NCBI RefSeq assembly: GCF_006345805.1
Contig: NC_043020.1
Span: 6,510,001 to 6,574,000, forward strand
DNA from: Octopus sinensis
Lineage: Eukaryota
DNA: 64,000 bases
Reading direction: 5' to 3'
Below the pieces are notes generated by a model that searched no databases, was not told the origin of the DNA, and saw only the letters and a program-made list of their open reading frames with translations. The translations under genes and the position numbers were made by a program. This document shows, in pieces, positions 36,950-49,444 of this stretch (within the stretch, counting starts at the first letter, position 1; every line of letters begins with the position of its first letter).

Positions 36950-37130
36950 CTCATCTTCTTTACCCACTTAGATCGTGGGAGCAGAGTTCTCAAGCATGCC
37001 TTCCATGGGTCCTGTCAGAAACAACCATCTCCAGTTGATCTGGATGGCTTCCCAAGCAATACCAACTGAGCTCATGCATGTTATCCGACCATCTTGCTCA
37101 TGGTCTATCCCTGAGTCTCCTACTTGTATC
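36950..37130 (-). mobile_element. Degenerate RTE-clade 3' fragment
   Basis: Reverse strand RRLRDRP*ARWSDNMHELSWYCLG..PDQLEMVVSDR resembles the R..GRP..RW.D...L.W..LG....L end of Expander/Rex3-type RTEs. Confidence 0.5.
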
Positions 37131-37804
37131 TATCTGTGTGTGTGTGTGTGTATTGGTTGAAGGATATATGACAAGTGCTTCTAGCCAACAAACAGACCTC
37201 TGTACATGGTTGCTTAATCTGCTAAAAATAGCAGCCAAATTTTATTAAGATTCCACACTTCTGTCATCTTAAAAGAAAAGGACAACACCAGGCAATGAGG
37301 CCCTGGTCTCCATGTACATAGGAAAAAAAAACAGGGTAGTCATGGATGGAATGCCTTTGATTATACGTCTGGTCTATAAGAGCTGACTTGGGGCTAAACA
37401 ACAACAAGGCAGGTACTTATTTTACTGACCCCTGGTTGGATGGAATTCATATTGACCCTTGGCAGGATTTGAAATCAGATGTAGAAGGATGGAACTAAAT
37501 ACAGTTGTACATTTACCTCTCCTCTCCATTGTTTCAGACACTCCATTACCCATAACAATAATCGTCTTTACTGGTTTCGGTCATAAGTTCTTGACCATGC
37601 TGGAGCAATACCGTCAAAGGTTTTAGTTGGTTACCTCGACCCTGTTATTTGTTTTAATGAACGGTGCTCATTTATCAATCTGGAAGGGACAAGGGTCACC
37701 AACCATCTTTTTTTTTTTTAGTAATTCTTGTACGTTGTTTAATATATTTAGATTTTCTTAAACACAGTACACTTTACAGGTCACCCCTGACTTATACAAT
37801 CCAA

Positions 37805-38190
37805 TTGAGTGGCTGTGTGGTAAGTAGCTTGTTTACCAACCACATGGTTCCGGGTTCAGTCCCACTGCGTGGCACCTTGGGCAAGTGTCTTCTACTATAG
37901 CCTCGGGCCGACCAAAGCCTTGTGAGTGGATTTGGTAGACGGAAACTGAAAGAAGCCCGTCGTATATATATATATGTGCGTGTGTGTTTGTATCTCTGTG
38001 TTTGTCCCCCCCAACATCGCTTGACAACCGATGCTGGTGAGTTTACATCCCTCCCCATCACTTAGCGGTTCAGCAAAAGAGACCGATAGAATAAGTACTG
38101 GGCTTACAAAAGAACAAGTCCCAGGATCGAGTTGCTCGATTAAAGGTGGTGCTCCAGCATGGCCGCAGTCAAATGACTGAAACAAGTAGT
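37805..38190 (+). mobile_element. tRNA-derived SINE family 1, well-preserved copy
   Basis: A box tggctgtgtggt, B box ggttcagtccc, ccttgggcaag core, internal (TA)/(TG) repeat. Confidence 0.88.
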
Positions 38191-39721
38191 AAAAAAAAAA
38201 ACCCTTTTCTTACCATATTTCTATTATTTCAATTAATTTTGAAAATAATGAAGAATTTAGTACAACTTTAATCATTATTAAGCTGGTGTTTGGAACATAA
38301 ATTAACATAAAATTTTGATGGAAGGTTTTAATTTAGATCACTTTAACCCCTTGGTTACCATACTTCTGTTGGAATATACTGGCTTTGTTTCAATTAATTC
38401 TTAAAATAATGAAGAATTTATTAAAATAACTTTGTCCGTTAGTAAGCTGGAGTTTGGAACATAAATTAAAAATGATATTTTGATGAAAGATTTTTTCAAT
38501 TCGGATCCCTTTAAAACAAGAAGTTTGTATCACAGAATCAAGAAAATTTTTCAAGCGACTTAGTATCAGAAGGGCTAAAGGTTTCTTCCTTTCTCGAATG
38601 ATGGCAGTGATTCAGAACCAGCAGACCATCATGTCATTGTCTGTCTGTCTGTCTATATACAGAGAGAGAAAGTTGTGGGAGAGAGAGAGAGACTCACATA
38701 ATGTCAACAGATATTGTTAAAAAATGCTTGAAAAATAGCAAAGTTCAAGAACAAAAAAATTATATCCTGCCCATCATTTCAAACTGTTCTTCTTCCTTCA
38801 TCCATATCGTACACTTCAAAAGAAACACTTCATCTCCATTTTCCAAGTTTTGTACAATAATAACAACAATGATAATATCATCATCATCATCTAAATTCTA
38901 TTTGCCATGCTGCCATACATGCATATGCATCTTTTGTTAAATAAAATATTTTTTAAAAAATACATTATTAATCTCTGAATATTTGCATCGTGATTTTTTG
39001 TTGTTTTTATTTTTAATTTTGTTATTTATTTTATTGTAAAAGCACCATCCGTTCGTGTCCATTGCCAGCCTCGCCTGGCCCCCATGCCGGTGGCACGTAA
39101 AAGCACCATCTGCTCGTGTCCGTTGCCAGCCTCGCCTGGCACCCGTGCCGGTGGCACGTAAAAGCACCATCCGTTCGTGGCCGTTTGTCAGCTCTGTCTG
39201 GCACCTGTGCAGGTGGCACGTAAAAAGCACCCACTACACTCACGGAGTGGTTAGCGTTAGGAAGGGCATCCAGCCGTAGAAACACTGCCAGATCTGACTG
39301 GGCCTGATGAAGCCTTCCGGCTTCACAGACTCCAGTTGAACCGTCCAACCCATGCTATCATGGAAAGCAGACGTTAAATGATGATGATGATGATGATTGT
39401 TTTGATCAGTATTTTGTTTTCAATTCTTCAATCTAAAACACATCGTTACCATTTTATCATTGTCCAGTGTCTGTTTTGGCATGGTTTCTATGGCTGGAAG
39501 TCCTTCCTAATGCCAACTACTTTACAGAGTGTATTGAGTGCTTTTTTTGTGGCACCCATACTGACGAGGTTGCCAAATGGCTCACAAGAATTTATTGACT
39601 CAGAAAGGATGAAAGGCAAAGCCAACCTCGGCAGAATTTGAACTCAGAACATAAAGACAGATGAAATGCTGCTAAGCATTTTGCCCAGCGTAGTAATGAT
39701 TCTGCCAGCTCACCGCCTTAA

Positions 39722-40095
39722 TAATGATAATAATAATAATAATAATTGATTCTTTTATTGGCCACAAGGGGTGACAAATATGATTGGAAAACATAGAGGG
39801 ACAAAACAGGACGAAAGGTTACAAAAGGTTATGTCCGTTTGTGAAAAAAAACGAGTTAAAAGCAGTTTAACAATCAAAAATTTTAACAACGAAAAACTCC
39901 CAATAGAGGAGACGCTTCGAAAAAAGAAAAGGTCTCACGTGGAAAAAACCCATAAAAGCCACGGGAGCCTGGTCAAAAGCTGGGTAGAGAGCCCCTTTCT
40001 CCTTTTATAATACCTTTTTCAATTACAGGTAAAACCTCAGAATTGGTCCATTTATACTGGCCATTCTTGCACAATTCTCCTACCTTTCAGAAAAC
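39722..40095 (-). mobile_element. Tx1/L1-like LINE 3' fragment (subfamily B)
   Basis: Homologous to 44270-44688; AATAAA plus (ATT)n tail on the minus strand. Confidence 0.6.
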
Positions 40096-40288
40096 TTGCT
40101 ACCAATAATAATGCTTTCACTGCTTGACTGAGTGGGGCAGAGCAAAGTTCTTAAGATGTGGGCTCTGAGGGCAGAGGACTTACAAGGAGGAAAAAGAAAT
40201 GAAGCTAGCATACTCTGTTGGGTGTGTTATGTCCATATGCACGAACACTGAAGTGCACACTCAGTGTGTTTGTCAACAACAACTATTG

Positions 40289-40433
40289 GCAATGTATTTT
40301 TTTGTTTGTCACTGTTATTTGTGACATCGTTTGTGCATTTGTACTGGGTTCAGATTTAAGGTTTTAGGGTTAGGGTTTTAGGATTAGAGTTAGGGTTGTC
40401 ATAAATAACAGTGACAAATGAAAAATACACCGC
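40289..40433. mobile_element. Small MITE with internal TTAGGG-like repeats
   Basis: Arms 40289-40326 and 40397-40433 are complementary; centre ttttagggttagggttttaggattagagttagggt. Confidence 0.65.
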
Positions 40434-40507
40434 CGGAAGTTGCTGTTGCTAAACAACAGCAGTAATTTTATTCAGCTGAATACACGTCATTGATTGGTTG
40501 AAATTAC

Positions 40508-41299
40508 GGATCTTTTCGGTTTGACCAGCAGTTTTTTAAAATAATTTCTACGTAACTAGGCGCAGGAGTGGCTATGTGGTAAGTAGCTTGCCTACCAATC
40601 ACATGGTTCTGGGTTCAGTCCCACTGCGTGGCATCTTGGGCAAGTGTCTTCTGCTATAACCTCGGGCCGACCAATGCCTTGTGAGTGGATTTGGTAGAAG
40701 GAAACTGAAAGAAGCTGTCGTATATATGTATATATATATATATATATGTATGTGTTTGTCCCCCCAGCATTGCTTGACAACCGATGCTGGTGTGTTTACG
40801 TCCCCATCACTTAGCGGTTTGGCAAAAGAGACTGATAGAATAAGTACTGGGCTTACAAAGAATAAGTCGATTTGCTCGACTAAAGGCGGTGCTCCAGCAT
40901 GGCCGCAGTCAAATGACTGAAACAAGTAAAAGAGTAAAAAGAGAGTAACTAAACACTTTTAAACTTCGTATACTGGTAGAATGTGTTTATAAAACATCTT
41001 TTTCTCTTGGCTTTATTGAGAAAATTCTATAGTTTGTAAGATATTTGTTGCTTTTTTTTCTTCAATTGCTGCAATTTCAACCAATCAATGACGTCTATTG
41101 AGGTGAAAACATTCTGTGCTGTATGAATATGTCCCTCGTTTAAGAAACAGATTGGGTTTATTTACATTTGTGAAGAAAAAAAGATACCCTTCCCCCCACC
41201 CCTAACCCTAAAACATTGAAATGCAATAGATCGATACTAGGGTCATAATTATAGGTGATAATTTCATATGACACCGCTAGAAAAACTGCCGTTCAAACC
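40508..41299. mobile_element. GG-terminal MITE family B with a SINE nested at 40559-40945
   Basis: TIR ggatcttttcggtttga; 8-bp gaaattac on both sides (right TIR tip lost). Confidence 0.75.
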
Positions 41300-42003
41300 G
41301 AAATTACCGAAATACGACAACTTTAACGTGAAATTACTTCGTAAATATAAGTTTTTCTCAAAAATGCTAACAGTAAAAGATGTTGTATATGACACATTCT
41401 ACCAGTGTCCAAAGTTTGAAAGTGTTTAGTTACAAAAACATTTTTTAATCTGTAGGTCAAAAGGTGAAGATCTTTTTTTTTTTTACTATTTTTCATAATT
41501 TGTATCACCACGTAGGAATCAATATAAGCTTAAATAATAAACTGCAATATGGCGAGGGAATACTATATACAGTTGTGCGGATTAAGGTGCAATTTAGGGG
41601 TTTAAGAAATAAAATATAATGAATAGGAACGATGACATTGAAATCTGTTGTCATTTAAACAATGTATATAATGACAATATATTTTATATAACATGATAAT
41701 AATCCCATTTATGTTGGGTATAATACGTTGGAAAGATGTAGCAGCTATTTCGGAAATACGTAGGATATCACTTGAAGTTACTGCACAAATAAATGCGATT
41801 TAATGTGGTTGTTTTGTTAGTAAAAATAAGATATTCTCGTCACTTCCGGTCAATTTACTTCCATTTTTTTTAATCCCCTAAATTGTATGTTAATCGTAGT
41901 TTCTTCTACGAGAATTTTAACTCATGGGATTCTGTAAAAAAAAATATTAATCAGCGAGGACAACTCTTTTGAATGCTCGAACGAACAAATGTTTAAAAAT
42001 TTG

Positions 42004-42422
42004 GGATCTTTTCGATTTGACCGGCAGTTTTTAAAATAATTTCCACGTAACTAAACACTTTTAAACTTCGTATACTGGTAGAATGTGTTTATAAAACATC
42101 TTTTTCTCTTGGCTTTATTGAAAAAATTCTATAGTTTGTAAGATATTTGTTGTTTTTTTCTTCAATTTCTGCAATTTCAACCAATCAATGACGTCCATTG
42201 AGGTAAACAACATTCTGTGCCGTATGAATATGTCCCTCGTTTAAGAAACAGATTGGGTTTATTTACATTTGTGAAGAAAAAAAAATACCCTTCCCCCACC
42301 CCTAACTAACCCTAATCCTAAAACAGATTGAAATGCAATAGATCGATACTAGGGTCATAATTATGGGTGACAATTTCATATGACACCGCTAGAAAAAACT
42401 GCCGTTCAAACCGAAAAGATCC
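42004..42422. mobile_element. GG-terminal MITE family B (8-bp TSD)
   Basis: ggatcttttcg ... cgaaaagatcc flanked by aaaatttg on both sides. Confidence 0.88.
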
Positions 42423-42522
42423 AAAATTTGTTATAATGACTCATTTTTATTTCTTAACACTATCGTTGAACTAGCATTGTTGAAAGATAAAACACTTCTT
42501 ATTTAAAGAAAAAAATATAATT

Positions 42523-42907
42523 GGCAATCTTTCGTCTCTAGTAGACCTTTCCGTCGATTTCCGTAAAATTTTTTTTTTTTTTACATATGGGCTTGCGGGA
42601 ACTTTTGAAGTAATGAGAGCGAAAGAGACTAAGAGAAAGCGATTGTATGACGAGGGAAGTTCTTTTGAAGTTACCGTGCATGGGAGCATTGATGGACATG
42701 TGTGTGTTTGATGGGGTGTGGGAGACAGAAAGTATGTTGTGTAAGTGAAGTGCTTCTGTTAGTATGTGTGAAAGAAAGAGATAACTGAAATGTTTTACTC
42801 GGTGTATATGTATGTATATTACTTCAAAAGTTCCCGCAAGCCTATATGTAAAAAAAAAAAATTTTACGGAAATCGACGGAAAGGTCTACTAGAGACGAAA
42901 GATCGCC
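42523..42907. mobile_element. GG-terminal MITE family A (about 90-bp TIRs; Merlin-like)
   Basis: ggcaatctttcgtctctagtagacc ... ggtctactagagacgaaagatcgcc. Confidence 0.85.
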
Positions 42908-43094
42908 ACATTGTTTTATTATCGTAGTATTGCAACTATTTTGCCTGACAATGTCATTATTTTAGTATTACAGCTATTTTACGTGACAATGCCGTGTAAT
43001 TCAATCGTTACGTGAAGTTGATTAAAAATGGCTGCATTTTTTTTTTTTTTTTTTGCTGGGGAAATGTTTATTCCTTTACAATGTCATGCGTGCG

Positions 43095-43292
43095 ATTCCA
43101 GAATCCTTGTCCGGTACCGGATCGATTCCAAAATCTAATCATTTCATGCCAGTCACGAGGCTAAACATCCCTGAAAGTTTCATCCGAATCCACACAGCGG
43201 TTCTTGAGATATCTTGTTCACGGACAAGCAAACAAACAAACATGGCTGAAAAGAATACCTCCATCTTCGCTAAGACGGAGGTAAAAAAAAAA
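43095..43292. mobile_element. Interspersed repeat with acctcc...ggagg hairpin end (Helentron/DINE-like?)
   Basis: Reverse-complement relative at 61355-62080, split by a family-3 SINE; classification uncertain. Confidence 0.45.
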
Positions 43293-43509
43293 AAGGCTTA
43301 CAATATGTTGGCGCATTTGTGGATTCTGTGAGGAATAGCTGAGAATATGTGTGCACTAATTAAGAATAGAATGCCTAGTTGGAAAACACGTCTTTTCTGT
43401 AACAACTAGAACTTAGCCGAGGTAACAATAAAAAAGATATCTTCCAGGGAGATTTTTGTTCACCTTTGTTATTTGTTATAGCCTTGATCCCATTTTCTGT
43501 AGTTCTACA

Positions 43510-44100
43510 CAAAGTCAACGCGTACTATGAGCTGAGGAAAAATGGAACTCGTCTTATCCACCTTCTTTTCATGGATGATTTAAAACAGAGCCTGAAATGG
43601 AGAGGCTGGTTGAGATTGTGCAAATGTGCAACAAGGATATAGGGATGGAATTCGGTACCTCAAAGTGTGCGGTGCTTACTTTGAAACAAGGGGAAAAACA
43701 GATTGTAGGGGCATAGAATTATCAAACGGAAAGCAAATGAAAGATCCGGATGATGATGGGTACAAGTACCTCGGGATCCTAGAGCTGGACAACGTTCTGT
43801 AGAGAAACGAAAGACAAGGTCACCACTGCACATTCGAAGCACCTCAAATTTCTCTTGAAATCAAAACATTGTGACTGCCATCAACATATGCGTTGTTGCT
43901 GTAGTCCTCTATAGTGCACCCATTCTGCAATGGACACGAACGGAGATTAACCAATTCGATCGCACTACCCGAGAGACAATGACAATTCATAGTGCCCTCT
44001 ACCTTAAGGTGAACGTACACAGGCTCTACATAAAGAGGTGTAAAGGTGGACGTGGCCTAATTAGCGTACGGTAGTGCATCAACAATGAAAGAAGAAACAT
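43510..44100 (+). mobile_element. R4/Dong-clade reverse transcriptase fragment (degenerate)
   Basis: HLLFMDDLK, DIGMEFG..KC, YKYLGILE, AIN...V.V..YS...L.WT..E....DR.TR, RLY..R..GGRGL. Confidence 0.82.
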
Positions 44101-44268
44101 GTTGCGAGCACACGGTTGTGATGCATGTGCCTGGCGTCCCCTTACCAGACGGGTATATTGGGCTTCATATTGTACCCCAGTGTCACTTTGATGGCATGCG
44201 CTGCTTTCTCACTCAATAATAATAATAGTAATAATAATAATAATAATAATGATATGATGATGATGATG

Positions 44269-44269
<1 letters not shown>

Positions 44270-44319
<50 letters not shown>

Positions 44320-44688
44320 TCGTTTATTGGCCACAAGGGCTAACAAAAATCAATTAAAACATAAAGGGACAAAACACAGGGCGAAAGTTACAAAGGGTTT
44401 TGTCCGTTTGAAAAAAGGTCCGTGTACAAAAGCAGGATAACAACGAAAAATAAGTAATAATTAAAACTCCCAATAGGGGGAGGCGCTTCGAAAGGTTACT
44501 CGTGGAAAAACCCATAAAAGCCATGGGAGCCTGGTCAAAAGGGGGGTAGAGAGCCCCTTTCTCCTTTTATATTTCCTTTTAAGTTTTCACAGGTGTATCC
44601 TCAGAATTGGTCAGTTCATACTGGCCATTCTTGCGACATTCACCCACCTTTCAATAAACTTCCTACCAGACAGCACTTCCCTCTCTAC
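44270..44688 (-). mobile_element. Tx1/L1-like LINE 3' fragment (subfamily B)
   Basis: Reverse strand [25 protein letters not shown], homologous to the 421-579 peptide; AATAAA plus (AAT)n tail. Confidence 0.65.
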
Positions 44689-45326
44689 TAATAATCCTTT
44701 CTATTATAGGCACAGGGCCTAAAATCAAGGGTGGTGCCAGTCGATTACATCTGCACAACTGGTACTTATTTTATCGATTCCCGAAAGGATGAAAGGCAAA
44801 GTCGACCTTGGCGGAAATCTTTTCTCCAATAGGCGCACAACCTGAAATTTTGGGAGAAGGTTTTAGTTGATTACATCGGCCTCAGTACTCAACTGGGACT
44901 TATTTCATCGAGCCCCGAAAAGATGAAAGGCAAAGTTGACCATGATGGCATTTGAACTGGCAATGTATACAACTGGAAGAAATGCTGCAAAGAATCTTGT
45001 CCGACGCAGTAATAATTGTCATATATCGATAGGCAGAAAGCTTAAAGGACTCAGTATCGTAGGCCAGTGGAAAAGAAGACGAAAGCAACAATTTGAGGAA
45101 ATAAGTTATTTGAATAAAAGAACTCTCGACTAACAAAAGTTTTCAGGGAACCAATGCGCCTGGGAAGAGAAGTAGGCGACATGTTTAATGGTCTTAACAA
45201 AGAGTACTGGAACGGAAATTTAATCAGTAACTTGGGAAAGAATTGTCACCGTTTGACGAATTGGACAATGAACAGTTTTCTTTCACAGGTTTGAAGAGTT
45301 TCTTTCAATATTTTTAGACAAAATCC

Positions 45327-45640
45327 GGATATTTTCGCTTTGACCGGCAGGTTTTTAAAATAATTTCCACGTAACTAAACACTTTTAAACTTTGTATACT
45401 GGTAGTGTGTTACATAAAACATCTTTTTCTCTTGGCTTTCTTGAGAAAATTCTGTAGTTTGTAAGCTATTTGTTGTTTAATTTCTTGCATTTCGGCAATT
45501 TCAACAAACTACAGAATTTTCTCAAGAAAGCCAAGAGAAAAAAACGTTTTATGTAACACATTCTACCAGTATACGAAGTTTAAGTGTTTAGTTACAAAGA
45601 AATTATTTTAAAAAATCTGCCGGTCAAAGTGAAAAGATCC
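45327..45640. mobile_element. Foldback derivative of MITE family B
   Basis: About 135-bp inverted arms; TSD caaaatcc on both sides. Confidence 0.85.
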
Positions 45641-45905
45641 CAAAATCCACTTGCTTGTTAGACATTTGAATAATAAGTTTACGAAACAATTAAGAATCGC
45701 TGCATCTTTACACCATCTCTGAGATTTCTAAAGCAACCCAGAATCACCAACCATCTAATTAAAATGGCAGTTCAGAAACTTCATTACGTTTAAAACACTG
45801 CACTCTTTCATATCTTTGGATTTCGGCACTTAAGTCATAATAATTATCTGGTTAATTAATGTGTTAATGTTACGTAGTGTGATTTCGTATATACCCATTG
45901 AATTT

Positions 45906-46240
45906 GTATTTCGTTTTTGGATTTAGTTTACAAGATTCTTTACATGAGTTCGTGTGTTGAAGCATATTCTGTTGTGTCTGGGCAGAGTCATTTTCTTTTT
46001 GTGCCTTATAATTTAGCACACTCACCGGTAAAATTTCCACTTTTTTCTTATTTTTATTTTCTTAAAATTTTCGTTGAGTCTTGCAACCTTTTTAAATAAT
46101 CTTGACTCTCTTGAAAAGGTTGCAAGACGCAACGAAAATTTTAGGAAAATAAAAATAAGAAATAAGTGGAAATTTTACCGGCGAGTGTGCTAAATTATAA
46201 GGCACAAAAAGAAAATGACTCTCCCCAGACACAACAGTGA
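45906..46240. mobile_element. Foldback repeat, copy 2
   Basis: Arms 45969-46237; same family as 6398-6718. Confidence 0.8.
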
Positions 46241-46310
46241 ATTTGTGAAGTTAAAAAATATTTTTATCAAACCATAAGCTCTCACCAAGGTTTTCAATAC
46301 ACCACCATTT

Positions 46311-46704
46311 GGCAATCTTTCGTCTCTAGTAGACCTTTCCGTCGATTTCCGTAAAAAAAAATTTTTTTTACATATGGGCTTGCGGGAACTTTTGAAGTAA
46401 TGAGAGCGAAAGAGACTAAGAGAAAGCGAGTGTATGACGAGGGAAGTTCTTTTGAAGTTACCGTGCATGTGAAGCATTGATGTACATGTGTGTGTGTGTG
46501 TTTGATGGGGTGTGGCAGACAGACAGTGTGTTGTGTAAGTGAAGTGCTTCTGTTAGTGTGTGTGAAAGAAAGAGATAACTGACATTTTTTACTCGGTGTA
46601 TGTGTATATGTATATTACTTCAAAAGTTCCCGCAAGTCCATATGTAAAAAAAAATTTTTTTTACGGAAATCGACGGAAAGGTCTACTAGAGACGAAAGAT
46701 CGCC
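46311..46704. mobile_element. GG-terminal MITE family A (8-bp TSD; Merlin-like)
   Basis: Perfect TSD caccattt at 46303-46310 and 46705-46712. Confidence 0.9.
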
Positions 46705-47091
46705 CACCATTTTCCCTTGGTATTAAAAGAATTCCTAATTTCCGACTTCTACGAAGACGAGATAATCAATCTTTGGGTGGCGAGCTGGCAAAATCATTAG
46801 AGCATTGAAAAATATGCTTTTCGGCATTTAACTCCAGCGTTTTACGTTCTGCTTATGTCAGCTTTTCTTTTTCATTGTTCAGAGATCGATAAAATAGGGT
46901 ATTAGTTTAGTCATGGAAACGATAGTATCGACTGTTCCCTTCCCCTCAAAATCGCTGGCCATATGACTTATGCATGTCAGTGACAAGTTCTCAGTTTCGA
47001 GCGAGGAAAATTTTGACAGCCATATTACGGACAATAAATGTTTAAGTGAAGTTAATGGTCTTTGTATGTCTATTTAGTTGAGTGTTTAATG

Positions 47092-47280
47092 CAGTGCGTT
47101 TCAGACTTTTTGCTGGAGCGGAACCCCAAAGAAACATTCCACTGGCTCGAGGAACCCCTGTGCAATAATTTAATAGTCTTATGCACAGGAGAATTAAAAA
47201 TTACTGCCGATTTTAGTTGTTTTGTAACTTCTTGCGGAACCCCTGGACTGTACTGGCGGAACCCTGGTTGAAAACCACAG
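47092..47280. mobile_element. hAT (Charlie/SPIN-like) MITE
   Basis: cagtg...ggttgaaaaccacag termini; perfect 8-bp TSD gtttaatg. Confidence 0.8.
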
Positions 47281-47436
47281 GTTTAATGTATGGTACCCCC
47301 ACTTTTTTTTATAACAACCCGCCCGAAAATACCCCTGTTTCTATGATAGCAAATTTCTATTTTAAAATGAAAACCTTCCATCAAAATCTCTTAAACAAAT
47401 TCACTGGTGATACACGACATCACACTACATAATATA

Positions 47437-47834
47437 CTAGCAGTATCGCCCGGCGTTGCTTGGGTTTGTAAGGGAAATAACTATATAAGCATTTTTAGAG
47501 AGTTATAGCCAAAAAATAGCAAAAAAATGCATTAAAAATAGAAAAAAATGATGGTAATTTTTTTTTTAAATCGTTGACTCATCGTAGACATTTTTAGAGT
47601 TACTTCCCTTATATAATAGCGAAAAAAATGCATTAAAATGGAAAAAAATGATGGTAATTTTTTTTTTAAATCGTAGACTCATTGTAGACGCGCGCTAATA
47701 CCCAGAAGGGCTCGATATGAATCACGACTATAAGATACCCGGTTTTGGTTACACTGCACCGCAAAATGTGGGAGTAGTTAGGAATCTAAATCGTAGGAGA
47801 CAGACACACAACTTGACTTTTATATATATAAAGA
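47437..47834 (-). mobile_element. Non-autonomous Helitron family 1
   Basis: Minus strand 5'-TC ... GC-rich hairpin ... CTAG-3', inserted between A and T, no TSD. Confidence 0.85.
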
Positions 47835-48515
47835 TTTATTAATTAACCAAAGTTACTTTATTTCTTCATTTTCAAAATTAAGTGATATAAAGGTAGCGTA
47901 TTTCAACAGAAATTTGGTAAGAAAATGAGAAAAAAGCAGTAGCGTGTACTTTGGGGAAAAGTATCTTAAAACCGCAACTTTGTAGCTCTCATAATCCGGC
48001 AAGCCCATGATCTGACGAAAGGGGGTGATGGGTTTGAATAGATATATCACTACCTCCACCACTGAAATGTATTAACCCTTGTCTCTTCCGCTTTTTGTAA
48101 TTTCGCGCCATTTCGTGATTGAATCAGTCCACACATCATGATGTAATATAGTAGATGTCTCAGTTCGAATATCTCTTCCGATGCCCCAAAGTTGGTCGAT
48201 GAAGACTTAACTCAATTGGTCTCTAATCTCCGCGTTTTTTGTCTTTTAAGTTACCAACCATCTTCTAGGTAATTCTTTTATGACAATTATTTAACCACTT
48301 CTTCATACATAACACAATTTGCTTGTCACCTTTGATTCATTGAATTACATCTTTCTTTTACAATGTCTTCCTAATTTTCTGTTTTAGGAGCGCAGAAGCC
48401 CCTGCTTGACTTTTAAAAAAATTATATATATATATATATGATTTTGATTTTTTTGATTTTTCCAGTTTCAGCTCATGAGCTGTGGCCATGCTGGGGCACT
48501 ACCATTATATATATA

Positions 48516-48900
48516 CTAGCAGTATCGCCCGGCGTTGCTCGGGTTTGTAAGGGAAATAACTATATAAGCATTTTTAGAGAGTTATAGCAAAAAAAATGCA
48601 TTAAAAATGGAAAAAAAATGATGATAAATTTTTTTTTTAATCGTTGACTCATCGTAGACATTTTTAGAGAGTTACTTCCCTTATATAATAGCGAAAAAAT
48701 GCATTAAAATGGAAAAAAATGATGGTAAATTTTTTTTTTAATCGTTGACTCATCGTAGACGCGCGCTAATACCCAGACGGGCTCGATATGAATCACGACT
48801 ATAAGATACCCAGTTTTAGTTAAACTGCACCGCAAAATGTGGGAGTAGTTAGGAATCTAAATCGTAGGAGACAGACACACAACTTCACTTTTATTTATAA

Positions 48901-48903
<3 letters not shown>
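48516..48903 (-). mobile_element. Non-autonomous Helitron family 1
   Basis: As above; first unit of a tandem duplication. Confidence 0.85.
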
Positions 48904-48941
<38 letters not shown>

Positions 48942-49016
48942 TTTGATTTTTTTGATTTTTCCAGTTTCAGCTCATGAGCTGTGGCCATGCTGGGGCACTA
49001 CCATTATATATATATA

Positions 49017-49402
49017 CTAGCAGTATCGCCCGGCGTTGCTCGGGTTTGTAAGGGAAATAACTATATAAGCATTTTTAGAGAGTTATAGCAAAAAAAATGC
49101 ATTAAAAATGGAAAAAAAATGATGATAAATTTTTTTTTTAATCGTTGACTCATCGTAGACATTTTTAGAGAGTTACTTCCCTTATATAATAGCGAAAAAA
49201 TGCATTAAAATGGAAAAAAATGATGGTAAATTTTTTTTTTAAATCGTTGACTCATCGTAGACGCGCGCTAATACCCAGACGGGCTCGATATGAATCACGA
49301 CTATAAGATACCCAGTTTTAGTTAAACTGCACCGCAAAATGTGGGAGTAGTTAGGAATCTAAATCGTAGGAGACAGACACACAACTTCACTTTTATTTAT
49401 AA

Positions 49403-49405
<3 letters not shown>
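49017..49405 (-). mobile_element. Non-autonomous Helitron family 1
   Basis: Near-identical to 48516-48903. Confidence 0.85.

Positions 49406-49444
<39 letters not shown>

Noticed and set aside
36787-36993. Minus-strand ORF or possible extra AQR coding exon
   Set aside because: No AQR similarity; overlaps a degenerate RTE tail and the probable 3' UTR
37805-37870. tRNA gene (also 21865-21925 and similar heads)
   Set aside because: A and B boxes are present but no clean cloverleaf, and the sequence continues into a SINE body; many diverged copies
40346-40396. Telomere or chromosome-fusion scar
   Set aside because: Only a few degenerate TTAGGG units, enclosed by MITE arms
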